A stretch of DNA of 64,000 bases. Source: Squalus acanthias. Lineage: Eukaryota. The notes under the pieces are model-generated. The model saw only the letters and a program-made list of their open reading frames with translations. It was not told where the DNA came from and did no database searches. Every line of letters begins with the position of its first letter. Within the stretch, counting starts at the first letter, position 1. Made by a program: the position numbers and the translations under genes. Shown in pieces: positions 36,751 through 47,991 of this stretch. The stretch lies in NCBI GenBank assembly GCA_030390025.1, contig CM059425.1:168456001-168520000 (forward strand), read 5' to 3'.

Positions 36751-39154
36751 AAAATCAGTTAACAGAGAAAATATGTAGCAGATATAAGTAGAATAGTCAT
36801 TTTAGATTTTAAAATATCAAAAGGCAAAAGGCAAGAATAACAAAGGTGAACTCTCCATTTACCTCTGCCATTGCTACTCTGCACCCATTTGCTTTGAGTT
36901 TGAGTGTGCCCGGGGATAACAGTGAAAATTAATGATGGCTTCTGCAATAGTTCAGCAATGTGGTCCAGTGAGTAGCTAAGCCCTATATACCAGTGAGGTC
37001 TCAGGTATGATGCCCAGTTTGTGTTGATCTCATTGGAGCTGGCAGTAGAGGTGCTACAATTGGCCTCAGCACCTCTGGGTTAGGGAAGGGAAAAGTGACT
37101 GCGGTTCCTACTCCTGATTGTTATTCAGCCGGAAGGGCACATATATGGGCATCAGGCGAGGATAGGATAGGACTTATCAGTGATGCCTCCGGCAGCTGAA
37201 TAGACAGTTGACTCTCATATATGAATAATGGCCACTTGAGCAAGATACCACAAGGTCAGTGGAACTGTACCACAGCAAGACCACATCACATTCAATTCTT
37301 TAAGATTTGGTCACCGTTCCTACAGTACTGTAAAAGGATTTCTCTGAGATAAAGGAAGAGTTGCCTTAACAGACTATGAAAAATGATAACACACATACCA
37401 AATTACTAGCCCTTAGCCACATAATTATTTTCAATACCTCAAACAATAAATAAGCAGGCATTCAAATCACTACAGGAACATTAGCAACTAAATTTACACG
37501 GCCATGTCTAATACAAAGGGGAAATCAGTAATCGTGCATGTTGTGTTTTAAGATTCTTTATCAAAAAGTTTTTTAAAATTCAGACAGATTAGCTGTGAGC
37601 AGTCTAAATTAATGCAAAATCCTGTGAATAACATTAAATAATTAGGTTTTAAGTATTTAAACAGAATTAGAGGATATAAATAACATGAACACAGTTCTTA
37701 GATTTAAAAACTAAATAAAAGGTAGAATGATTCTATGATAATAGCCCTGTGCCGAGATGGTCAAAATCGATCTTTTTGATAAAGATAACGAATATTTTTA
37801 TAACTATATGTATCTGTCACATGAGATTGGATAAGTACTTTGAGTAAAATGCAGTCCCTTCAGGCTTAAGTTCACTATTAAGTGTGCAGAAATTTCTCTT
37901 TGTACCATTTTGTGGCAGTTCACCTGAATACAGTTTTCATTTAAGGAACACACAAAACAATTTAGATCATACATCTGATTTTGAGGCAGAAGAAAATTGT
38001 TCTGTTATCAGATATTTGATCTAATGATATTGCAGCTTCTGAACACTGAGTTCTCTAATTACTATGTATAGTGACATTGTAACTGTGTTCATGCATATTT
38101 CCTCTGTTCACATTGCTAGCAAAATTATAAACTTCCTTACAGTGTCACGACACATAGTTAGCAGAACAATTCTTACTTCATTGTTGTCAAATCATATTTT
38201 TGGTACAATATAAATGTAAAGGAAACAGACAACAAATAGCTACTCTGCTTTTTAAACTGTATGAACCTTTAATAATGAGTGTTCGGACTTAATTTATATA
38301 TTAGTGTGTAAGATGACAGTATTTTTGCTTATTCATTTGCTTATTAATACTTTTATATATGTAGGTAATCATAAATAGCTTACAAAGGGTAGATGGGAAA
38401 TTACTGAGTAGCTTGGCTTATAAAAAAGAGTAACCATTTTAAAATAGTACATATAACTGAACAATGGTACATTGAAATATTGCAGCAGGAACTTGACCGT
38501 TGCAAGAACTAGACTGATAAGGTAGCAAAGCAGACAGATAGGGAAGGGGCCTGCGTGTCAAACCAAGGTTTTTGAAATAGTTTAACTGCTGTGGAAAAAT
38601 TTGAACGAGGAAGGGCTGGGTACATTCAGGTGACATGAGAGACCCTATAGAGAAAGAAAGGAAGTTTAAGTTACAACCAGTGATAGGTCCAGGGAAGTTC
38701 CTTAGGTTTGAATTGAAAGTAATAGTATAAGAAGGGGAGCCCAGCAGTGCTTGAAGGTAGAGGATTGGAGTCGAGTTCGGTAAATTTGGGGAGACACTCA
38801 GAGGTGGAGATGGGCCAGAGGGCACGAGCCAGAGGGTGCAGACAACTCTTTCTTTTACCCAAGGCATAACGGGGTAGTATAACCATTCATTGTACTGTTG
38901 AGGCTGCCGCGAAACACGAATTAAGACTGAATCCATGTGTGGGAAACAAAGGCTTTTTAACACAACTGCCTCGTCCAAAATGGCTGAAACCTACTGCTCC
39001 CAGAATTCTCTGGAAAAACCCTGAGGCCCCGCCCACTCCTTTTCTCCTGCCTTAAAGGCAAGGTGCCTTAAAGGCAAGGTGCCAGATTTTTGCGGAAAAG
39101 TGGATTATGCCCGTTTAGGTGGCGATCCGTCACACAGCTCCCCCCAGAATCCGC

Positions 39155-41785
39155 TTAGGAGGTGTGGACGAGATGGTGCGGCGGTCTGATGGGCCGGCCG
39201 GAGCGGCTCTTGTAGGATGCCGGTGGACGTGGAACGGCCGGGCTTGGAGCGGCCGGGTGAACCGGCTTGAGGGCAGGTCGGCCGCGTGGCGGTGGACGAG
39301 CTACAGGGACCTGCTCACCGGGCTCCAAGTGTGCTGGCTTGAGTCGGTCAACCCACACTTTTTCGGTCCTGTCGCCCACTTGCAGGGTGAAAAATTTGTC
39401 CCCAGCCTGTAGCACCTTGTAGGGCCCGTCGTACGGGGTTTGAAGGGGTCCGCAGTGGGCGTCGTGCCGGACGAAAACGAACCGTGCCTGGTGCAGGCTT
39501 AGAGGGACATGTGAGGTGGATTCGCCGTGTCGGACAATGGGCACCGGGGCGAACTGCAGCGCCGGTGAGGCGAAGTCGTGGCGTTGATGGTCGGCTGACC
39601 AGGGTGTCGTGGCGGTGGGCAGGAACTCGCCGGGTACGCGCAGCAGCTGACCGTACATGAGCTCTGCTGCCGATGCGTGGAGGTCTTCTTTAACTGCGAT
39701 GCGCAGGCTGAGGAGAACCCACGGAAGTCGGTCGGTCCCGGCGCCGTCCTGGAGGCTGGCTCGAAGAGATGCCTTCAAGGATCTGTGGAACCGCTCACAC
39801 AGTCCGTTGGCTTGGGGGTGGTACGCTGTGGTGCGGTGAATGGTCACCCCGAGATTGCGTGCGATGGCGGTCCAGAGTTCAGAGGTAAATTGCGGACCTC
39901 TGTCCGACGTCATGTCGGAGGGGACGCCGAACCGTGCGACCCAGGTGCTGACGAAGGCTCTGGCGATGTCGGCGGGGGTGGTAGAGGTCAGTGGAATTGC
40001 CTCGGGCCAGCGCGTGGTACGGTCAACGATCGTCAGCAAGTGCGTGTGGCCTTGCGACGGCGGCAGGGGCCCGACGATGTCCACGTGGATGTGGTCGAAT
40101 CTACGCAAGGCGACGGTAAACTCCTCGAGGGGTGCTTTCGTGTGTTGCTGTACCTTGGCCCGTTGGCAGGCTAGGCAGGAGTTGGCCCAAGTACACACAT
40201 CCTTGCGAAGGCCGCGCCAGACAAAGCGGTTGGCTACCAATTTGATGGATGCGCGGGCGCCGGGGTGGGAGAGGTTGTGGAGAATCTCGAATACCCGGCG
40301 GCGCCAGGACGCTGGGACGACGGGCCGAGGTTGACATAGGGATATGTCGCACTTGACCGTGACTGCGGTCGGGCCACAGGCGACGTCGGCCAGGCGTAGC
40401 CCTGGTAGGTTGGTAGGTGCGGAGAGCAGATCAGGGTCGGTGATCTGGTCTGCTGCGAGTTGAGCGTAGTCGACTGCCAGGTGTGCGGCGTGGATGGCGG
40501 GGCGGGAGAGGCAGTCGGCTACCACATTGTCTCGGCCGGAGACGTGTTGGATGTCCGTGGTGAACTCGGACACTGCCGCGAGCTGGTGCTGCTGCCTGGC
40601 GGACCAGGGGTCGGTTGTCTTTGCCATTGCGAATGTCAGGGGCTTGTGGTCGACAAACGCAGTGAAGGGGTGGCCCTCCAGCAAAAACTGAAAATGGCGG
40701 ACCGCCAGGAACAGCGCGAGGAGCTCGCGGTCGAAGGTGCTGTACTTGACCTCTGGGGGGCGTAGTTGGCGGCTGAAGAAGGCAAGTGGTTGCCAGGCGC
40801 CGTCGACCCACTGCTCATACACGGCGCCAACCGCATGGTCGGAGGCGTCCGTGGTAAGCGCTACCCTGGCATTGGGCCGTGGGTGCGCGAGCAGGATGAT
40901 GTTAGCGAGCGCGGTCTTGGTGGAGTCGAAGGCGGTGGACGCGTCTGCTGTCCATTCGACCGCCATCTTGCCGCTCCTGCCCCGGAGGGCTTCATAAATG
41001 GGCCTCATGAGGGACGCCGCTTTGGGGATGAAGCGGTTGTAGAAATTCACCATCCCGAGGAACTCCTGGAGGCCTTTGATGGTGGTGGGGTGGGGAAATT
41101 GTTGGACGGCCTGCACCTTGGTGGGCAGGGGAATGGCCCCAGCATGGGTGATGTGGTGGCCGAGGAAGTCGATCTTGTCCAGGCCGAACTGGCATTTGGC
41201 TGGGCTGAGGATGAGCCCGTGGTCGCTGAGGCGCCCGAACAGGATGCGAAGGTGTTCGAGGTGTTCCTGCTTGGAGGAACTGGCTACCAGGATGTCGTCC
41301 AGGTAGACGAACAGGAACTTCAGGTCCCGAAGGACCGAGTCCATGAGCCGTTGGAATGCCTGGGCCGCGTTTTTGAGGCCGAAGGGAATCCGCAGGAACT
41401 GGAAAAGGCCGAAGGGGGTGATTACGGCCATCTTGGGGACGTCCGCGGGGTGGACGGGGACTTGGTGGTAGCCGCACACCAGGTCGTCCTTGGAAAAGAC
41501 TGAGCGGCCGGCCAGTCTAGCCGAGAAGTCCTGAACGTGCGGCACGGGGAACCGATCAGGGGTGGTGGCGTCGTTGAGGCGGCGGTAATCCCCGCAGGGG
41601 CGCCAACCCCCGCCTGGTTTGGGGGCGATGTGGAGTGGGGAGGCCCAGGGACTGTTGGAGCGGTGGATGATGCCGAGCTGTTCCATGGTGGCAAACTCGG
41701 TCCGCGCGATCTCCAGTTTGGCCAGGTCCAGCCTGCGGGCATGGGCGTACACTGTGGGGCCTGTGGTGGGGATGAAGTCTTCCAC
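39155..41785 (-). CDS. Pol: RT, RNase H, integrase (disconnected from gag-pro by a frameshift near 41840)
   Basis: SPWASP, DYRRLN, YLDD, TDASD, DRELLA, DCLSR, H..SH...C..C, D-D-E (HVDIVGP/SDRGPQF/CERFH), GPY module. Confidence 0.92.
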   Translation of the reverse strand: MEDFIPTTGPTVYAHARRLDLAKLEIARTEFATMEQLGIIHRSNSPWASPLHIAPKPGGGWRPCGDYRRLNDATTPDRFPVPHVQDFSARLAGRSVFSKDDLVCGYHQVPVHPADVPKMAVITPFGLFQFLRIPFGLKNAAQAFQRLMDSVLRDLKFLFVYLDDILVASSSKQEHLEHLRILFGRLSDHGLILSPAKCQFGLDKIDFLGHHITHAGAIPLPTKVQAVQQFPHPTTIKGLQEFLGMVNFYNRFIPKAASLMRPIYEALRGRSGKMAVEWTADASTAFDSTKTALANIILLAHPRPNARVALTTDASDHAVGAVYEQWVDGAWQPLAFFSRQLRPPEVKYSTFDRELLALFLAVRHFQFLLEGHPFTAFVDHKPLTFAMAKTTDPWSARQQHQLAAVSEFTTDIQHVSGRDNVVADCLSRPAIHAAHLAVDYAQLAADQITDPDLLSAPTNLPGLRLADVACGPTAVTVKCDISLCQPRPVVPASWRRRVFEILHNLSHPGARASIKLVANRFVWRGLRKDVCTWANSCLACQRAKVQQHTKAPLEEFTVALRRFDHIHVDIVGPLPPSQGHTHLLTIVDRTTRWPEAIPLTSTTPADIARAFVSTWVARFGVPSDMTSDRGPQFTSELWTAIARNLGVTIHRTTAYHPQANGLCERFHRSLKASLRASLQDGAGTDRLPWVLLSLRIAVKEDLHASAAELMYGQLLRVPGEFLPTATTPWSADHQRHDFASPALQFAPVPIVRHGESTSHVPLSLHQARFVFVRHDAHCGPLQTPYDGPYKVLQAGDKFFTLQVGDRTEKVWVDRLKPAHLEPGEQVPVARPPPRGRPALKPVHPAAPSPAVPRPPASYKSRSGRPIRPPHHLVHTS

Positions 41786-42048
41786 CCCGTGTTTGGCGGC
41801 CTCCGCGGAGAAGGTCGGATTGGTAAGGGCCGGGAATCGGCCAGGAGTGCCGAGTAGTCATCCGTGGCCCGGACGTGGCACTGTGACGCCATGTCGGCGG
41901 GTTGACAGGGGGCCATGGCGCCCAGGATGGGGGACATGGTGTTCATGTCCACGAGGCGGTGACGAGAGATGTCTACCAGTAGGCCGTGGGCGCACAGGAA
42001 ATCTGCGCCGATGAGAGGGGAGAGCACCTTGGCAGTGATGAACTCCCA

Positions 42049-42966
42049 TCAGTAGCGGCGACCAGCGAGGTCGAGGGTGACTGTCCGGGTGCCGTACGTC
42101 CGGATTTCCGAGCCGTTAGCGGCAGCCAGCGCCGGTCCTCGTTCGCCCTTTTGGATGTCGAGGGAGGAGGCCGGGATGATGCTGTGCTGAGCTCCAGTGT
42201 CGCACAGGAACCGGCGGCCGGTTTTGTCATCCGTGACGTACAGCAGGGAGCCCGCGTGGCCCACGGCCATCGCGGGGGCTGGTACGGGGGCGGACTTGAA
42301 AGAGCAGGGAGGTGTGCACCGTTGTGCCCTGGTGCCGAACCGTGCGTGGTAGTAACAGTGGCCCGGGTTAGTGGGGCGCGAAGGCCCCGTGGGCCTGGTG
42401 GCTGGTCCTTGTGGCCGCGTGGTGGCCGGTGAGGGGCGCGCCCAGGCATTGGCTGCCAGGTCCGGAGTGACGTCGCGGCTGGAGTGAGCGGACAGCAGCT
42501 TGTCGGCCTCATCGGCCAGGGCTTCCAGGTTCGTGAAGTCGGACGCCACGATCGCTGGGCGGATGCTGAGAGGGAGCTGGCGGATGAACAGCGTGCAGAA
42601 GAGGGATCCGGGTGGGCTCTCGTCGGTGAGGGAGAGCATATGGGAGAGGAGGTCTGACGGTGAGGCATCACCGAGGCCTGGAAGGTCGAGGAGGTGGCAG
42701 TTTCGCTGATATGCCGAGGGCGTAAATTTTTTAAGGAGCGCTGCCTTGAGATGTGCATACTTGCCTTCCTCTGGTGGGTTCTGCAGCACTGTCCAAACCT
42801 TCGAAACTGTGGCGCTACCGAGTGATGTGACGAGGTAGTCGTACTGCGTCCCATCTGTGGTGATGTTTCGCAGCCGGAAGCGGGATTCAGCTTGGAGAAA
42901 CCAGGCTTCGGGCTGGTTTTCCCAAAACTCCGGCAGTTTCACGGAAACTGCGTTCGTGTCCGCCAT
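42049..42966 (-). CDS. Gag plus N-terminal protease (premature TGA)
   Basis: VKLPEFW..QPEAWF; C-X2-H-X9-C-X3-C motif (CYYHARFGTRAQRCTPPC); protease FLCDTGA. The frame continues past the stop into IGADFL. Confidence 0.85.
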   Translation of the reverse strand: MADTNAVSVKLPEFWENQPEAWFLQAESRFRLRNITTDGTQYDYLVTSLGSATVSKVWTVLQNPPEEGKYAHLKAALLKKFTPSAYQRNCHLLDLPGLGDASPSDLLSHMLSLTDESPPGSLFCTLFIRQLPLSIRPAIVASDFTNLEALADEADKLLSAHSSRDVTPDLAANAWARPSPATTRPQGPATRPTGPSRPTNPGHCYYHARFGTRAQRCTPPCSFKSAPVPAPAMAVGHAGSLLYVTDDKTGRRFLCDTGAQHSIIPASSLDIQKGERGPALAAANGSEIRTYGTRTVTLDLAGRRY

Positions 42967-44593
42967 TGCAGTGCTCAGAATACGTTCTGAGCGTCGGGGT
43001 CACCAATGTTGAGGCTGCCACGAAACACGAATTAAGACTGAATCCATGTGTGGGAAACAAAGGCTTTTTAATACAACTGCCTCGTCCAAAATGGCTGAAA
43101 CCTACTGCTCCCAGAATTCTCTGGAAAAACCCTGAGGCCCCGCCCACTCCTTTTCTCCTGCCTTAAAGGCAAGGTGCCTTAAAGGCAAGGTGCCAGATTT
43201 TTGTCCACGGACGGAAAAGTGGATTATGCCCGTTTAGGTGGCGATCCGCCACAGTACCTTGTAAACTGCTGCTTAAGATACAGTAATTGTATTGATCCTT
43301 GCTTGTGCTAAATAAAGTTTAATCACTGCTACCAATAGGGGTCAACATCAAATCATTTGTAATGATAGAGGTTCAAAAAAGGGGGATTCTCACAAATTGG
43401 CAACAGCGGAGTGTTCGTACTTAATTTATATATTAGTGTAACTAAGTTGATTGCAATCCCTGTGTCCCAGCAGCCAGAAGTAAGGTGCCAACTGCAGCAT
43501 TCAGATAGCAAACAGGACAGTCTCACTTTCAAATTAGTTCTCAGAGCACAGTAATCAGAGAAAACTCTCAGTACTCACATTACTGACAGTTAAGTACTTA
43601 AGACGCTAGACGTGTCTCACACAGATTTTAAAAATTCCTTTTTAACTATTCACAGTTACAAGGTTTCTTTGTACTACTGCTTTAGAACAACATCCATTTC
43701 AGATAGGCATTAAATGTGTATTTGAACAGAAGGTGCTCCCCTAGACTTTCCTTGTGACATAGAACATGAGGTATATGTTATCACATGACAGGGCATGTAG
43801 TATTACAAAAACAAAATACTGCGGATATGTGGAACATTCTTTGTTCCAGTCCTACTCAGGTCTCCTCCCTCATCTATTTTTCCGGTATGTTGATGACTTG
43901 TATCGGTGCCGTTTCCTGCTCTCGCCCTGAACTGGAAAATTTCATCAACTGTGCTTCCAATTTCCACCTTTCCCTCACCTTCACATGGTTCATCTCTGAC
44001 TCTTCCCTTCCCTTCCTTGACTTCTCTATCTCCATTTCTGGGGATAGGCTGTTGACCAATATCTACTATAAGCCCACCGACTCCCAACTTGACTACACTT
44101 CCTCCCACCCTGTGTCCTGTAAGGACTCTATTCCATTCTCCCAGTTTCTCTGTCTCCGTCGCAGCTGTTCTGACAGTGCCACCTTCCATACCAGTGCTTC
44201 CAATATGTCTTCCTTTTTCCTCAACCAAAGATTCCCCTCCACCGTGGTTGACAGGGCCCTCGACCATGTCCGTCCTATTTCCCACACTTCCCTTGTCCTC
44301 ACCTTCCATCCCACCAGCCTTCACATTCAACGGATCATCCTCCGCCATTTCTGCCACCTCCAGCGTGATCCCACCACCAAACACATCTTCCCCTCCCCTT
44401 TCAGCATTCTGAAGGGACCGTTCCCTCCGCGACACCCTGGTCCACTCTTCCATCACCCTCAACACCCTTCCTCTTCTCACAGCACCTGCCCGTGCAAGTG
44501 CAGGAGATGCAACACCTGCCCTTTTACCTTCTCCCTTCCCACCATCTAGGGTCCTAAACACTCCTTCTAGGTGGAACCGCAATTTACTTGTAC

Positions 44594-46073
44594 TGAAGGG
44601 ATAATTACAAGTCCTAGCCCTTTTCGGGCTACCCCAGATCAGGCGTATTCCTCAGACGTTCACCTTCAACTAGCGTTAAAGATAGCCGAATTCTATAAGA
44701 CGCTTAATTGGGTCTAAAGGTCAGACTACCTTTCCCTAAAGGAAAGGAACGACATGAAGATGTTACCGTCTTCCGGATAGCATTTTTAATAAGTTTAACT
44801 AGACTGTAACCTTCCGGATATTATGAGGGTCCCGAATACCCCCCAGAATTCTGCAACTCCTTTGAGTATACAGAAATTGAGTTCGCGAGTTTATACAGAA
44901 ATACTCTGTGAGATAATTCTAAAAATATATAGATTTATTAAAGAACCAACATTTAGTTAACAGCTGTTATGGCATCGCAACTTTAATCGTTCAAAATACA
45001 AATAGTTTACATTTCTTATCAGAGATCCTTATTCTCAAATCTTAACTTCATTACATTTCCACACTTCTACTTATTTCTTAATCCAGAATATCCACCAAAA
45101 TCAAATACCTTGATTACCCGAGACTCAAAGTTAAAAACTTACAGAGCGTGCCTGTGAAGTTGAGAAATGCTTGCCCTGTTCAGCGACTTCTGACTTTTCA
45201 TCTGAAAAGCTCTTATTTTTATACTCTTTTTTTAGTGGTTTATTCTTTGAAGTATTCTGCTGATGTAAGCTAATTGTCTCAAGTCATTCTTTGCTGACTT
45301 TCTTCTATTCTTTACTGTCATTTCAGCTGTTGCTTTTAAACTTCTGTCTCCTGTTTAGGTGTTTCAAAAACCATCATAAAAAACAATATGACAGTAGTAT
45401 TTATTTGCTGTGATTCTTATCGAAGGTTTTCCATTCAATTCTAACACTACTTTAATTGGTTATTATCAGACGTTGTGACTCTGTGGTATTCCAAGTTCAA
45501 TACAAGAACAATGTAATTGCTTGGTGTATCTATTGATGTTATATTTTCAAAGTCTCTCTGTAGGTACTTTTTATAATTTGTAATTCAAAAACACTTCATC
45601 TAGGGTGTTCTTTGCATTTCTTATTTACTTCAATTGGTTATATTAAGAACTGTGTCTCCTGTTTCTAAGTTTAACATAAAACTATTTTACGGCAAGTATT
45701 TCTTTTACTTGATGTCATTTTTTCAAAGGCACTTGTTTTTTTTAATGTTCTGTGCACCTGTTCGACGTGTTAAATTTCAACACTTTACTTGGGTCATTCC
45801 ATTGTGTTGGTTCCAATGTTCAGACATAGAGGAACCTCCAGCCTGCTGTTTCAATAGGGCCATGTTTTTGTATTTACAAACATTTCCCAATTCAAAGCTT
45901 GTTTTCACAGCTTTGTGTTAACAACTGATCTTTATCTCAGAAGCCTGTATTTCTGTTTTACGGCTTGTGTCGTTGAGGCTTTTAGATTTTTAACCCCAGT
46001 TTGTCATGTTTTAATATTATCAAATCTGTTTATAGGATGATGTATTTCTTGGAATATGGCTATTTCCTTCACA
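44594..46073 (-). mobile_element. 1480-bp solo LTR, 4-bp TSD (GTAC)
   Basis: TG...CA ends with short inverted repeat (TGAAGG); removal restores the Penelope sequence; minus-strand TATAAAA at 45223-45217 and AATAAA at 44939-44934. Confidence 0.85.
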
Positions 46074-46637
46074 GTACTTCTTTCAATTTAGTATACTGTA
46101 TTTGCTGCTCACGATGCTGTCTACTCCACATAGGGGAGACCAAACGCAGATTAGGTGATCGCTTTGCGGAACACCTCGATTCAGTCCACAGGTGTGACCC
46201 TGAGCTTCTGTTTGCCGTCTAATTCACCGGCCCGCTCCTACTCTGACCTCTCTGTCCTTGGCCTCCGACACTGGTCTAATGAAGCTCAATGGAAGCTCCA
46301 GAAATAGCACCTCATCTTTCGCTTAGGCACTTTACAGCCTTCTGGACTCAACATTGAGTTCAACGGTTTCAGATAATAACCACTGCTCCCATTTTTTCAG
46401 ACAGCAGCTGTTGGTAATGATTCTGCTATTGCCATTTACACCTCCTCTAGACCTATCTTTTGTTTCTTTACTTGTCCCATTACTATTCCCTTTTGCCTTG
46501 CACCATCATTCCTTTTGTCATTTAATCTCTCCTGCCTTCCACCCTATTACAGACCTTCCCCTTTGTTATTTCCTCCCCCAACCCCCTTTTCCTTGGCTCT
46601 GTACTTGCTTGCAAACTTTTAATCTCTTATATCTTCC

Positions 46638-46674
46638 AGTTCTGATGAAAGGTCATCGACCTGAAACGTTAACT
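46638..46674 (+). ncRNA. Minimal hammerhead motif in Penelope pLTR
   Basis: AGTT-CTGATGA-a-AGGTC atc GACCT-GAAA-CG-T-T-AACT. Confidence 0.7.
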
Positions 46675-46754
46675 TTGTTTCTCTCTCCACAGATGCTGCC
46701 TGACTGGCTGAGTAATTCCAGCATTTTCTGTTTTAGTGTAATATTAAAAGGAAG

Positions 46755-47952
46755 GAAGAAGACTTGCATTTATATAGCACCTTTCACGACCACCAGCCGT
46801 CCCAAAGCACTTTACAGTCAATGAAGTACTTTTGTGAAGTGTAGTCACTGTTGTAATGTAGGAAACGCAGCAGCCAATTTGCATACAGAAAGCTCCCACA
46901 AACAGCAATGGCCCGAAAATTAGACCTAATACGCGAGAGTACGCACTGTGTACTCTCGCGTTTTAGGTCTCCAATTGCCGGTTTCCTGCATGCACTGCGC
47001 ATGCGCGGGAAACCGGCACTTCGTGATTTCAAAAGGGGGCGGTTCCTAAGTGAACCGCGTGCGCGCTACAGGCTGCGCGCACGCAGTGCACTCAGTGCTT
47101 TGAACGCGCAGGTAAGCATGGAAGATTTTACACATAAAGAAAGGAGGCGTAAGACCCTCTTTTAACAAGGTAAGTAGTTAATTAAGTATTATTTTAAATT
47201 TTTTTCAACAGGTTTATCTTTTTTAGAGACTTTAAAGAAAGGTAAGTTTATTTTTATAACTTTTAAAAAGATTTTAAGTTTTTTCAAAAATTAAATTTTT
47301 TGTTTAAAGTGGTTAATTTATTTAACTATAGTTATTTTATTAATGTGATGGCTTTTTTTTAAATTTAATTGAGGTTTAGCTGTTCTTTTGGAGGGGTTTT
47401 GTATTCATAGCTTTGACAGGTCTTCCTGTCAAAACTATGAATGAAAGATGGTGTGCTGCCATTGGCTCTAACTGAATCACGTGATCCCAGAGCTCGCACG
47501 AACTAATTGCGTCTCTGGGTCACGCAAGCACTGCACAGCTGCAGCCTTGAAACTAAAGTTCGTGTGGGCCCGGAGGAAAAAGGTAGGTGCGGAGTGAGAT
47601 ATCGCGGGGAAGCCTTACCCCCGCGTCAACACTCAGTGTTTAATTTCTGGGCCAATGTGTTCATGACCAGATAATCTGTTTTAGAGATGTTGATGAGGGA
47701 TAAATATTGGCTAGGACACCGGTGATAACGCCCCTGCTCTTTGAAATAGTGCCATAGGATCTTTTACATCCACCTGAGAGGGCAGACGGGCCTCAGTTTA
47801 ACATCTTCTGAAAGACGACACCTCTGACAGTGCAGCACTCCCTCAGTACTGCACTGGAGTGTCAGCCTAGATTTTTGTGCTCAAGTCTCTGGAGTGGGAC
47901 TTGAACCCACAACCTGCTGACTCAGAGGCGAGGGTGCTACCAACTGAGCAAT
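46755..47952 (-). mobile_element. tRNA-headed DeuSINE-like (SacSINE1-type) element split by a MITE
   Basis: Head gctcagttggtagc...gggttcaagtccc; central tactgagggagtgctgcactgtc..ggtg.cgtctttc; L2-like tail. Confidence 0.75.
46910..47653. mobile_element. Harbinger-type MITE, TSD AAT
   Basis: aat|ggcccgaaaatta ... taatttctgggcc|aat; the SINE is restored on removal. Confidence 0.85.
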
Positions 47953-47991
47953 GGCAGACACGTTTGTTTATTATCTGATTACTGGCATATG

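Larger units (their letters stand above)
38896..43253 (-). mobile_element. Full-length Ty3/Gypsy LTR retrotransposon, CsRn1-clade signature
   Basis: LTRs 43007-43253 and 38896-39134 (TG..CA); TSD GTAC; PBS TGGTGACCCCGACG (tRNA-Trp) at 43005-42992; PPT ggggggag just before 39134; order gag-PR-RT-RH-IN. Confidence 0.97.
38307..43408 (+). mobile_element. Older LTR-like insertion (~730 bp, TGTAAGA...TCTCACA plus PBS-like stub) split by the Gypsy element
   Basis: Segments 38307-38895 and 43258-43394; TATA-like at ~38725; AATAAA at ~43311; bounded by a 31-bp direct repeat. Confidence 0.55.
43805..46733 (+). mobile_element. Penelope-like element (RT C-terminus, GIY-YIG endonuclease, pLTR), degenerate, split by a solo LTR
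   Basis: FRYVDD-type motif ~43880, IYYKPTDS, SIPFSQFL.LRR.CS, C.RCNTC, LVYCI.C..C.L.HIGETKRRLGDRFAEH; inverted tail copy at 43805-43826; hammerhead motif 46638-46674. Confidence 0.9.

Noticed and set aside
36955..37280. Possible old SINE-like repeat (similar traces near 26980-27140)
   Set aside because: Too degenerate to bound or classify by eye.
38439..38978. 179-aa ORF as an env or accessory gene
   Set aside because: Runs from the LTR past the TSD into flanking DNA; no recognisable motifs.
39657..42709. Many plus-strand and alternate-frame ORFs over the Gypsy element
   Set aside because: Shadow ORFs of GC-rich coding DNA with no motifs.
47880..47952. tRNA gene
   Set aside because: SINE head continuing into SINE body; no complete cloverleaf.
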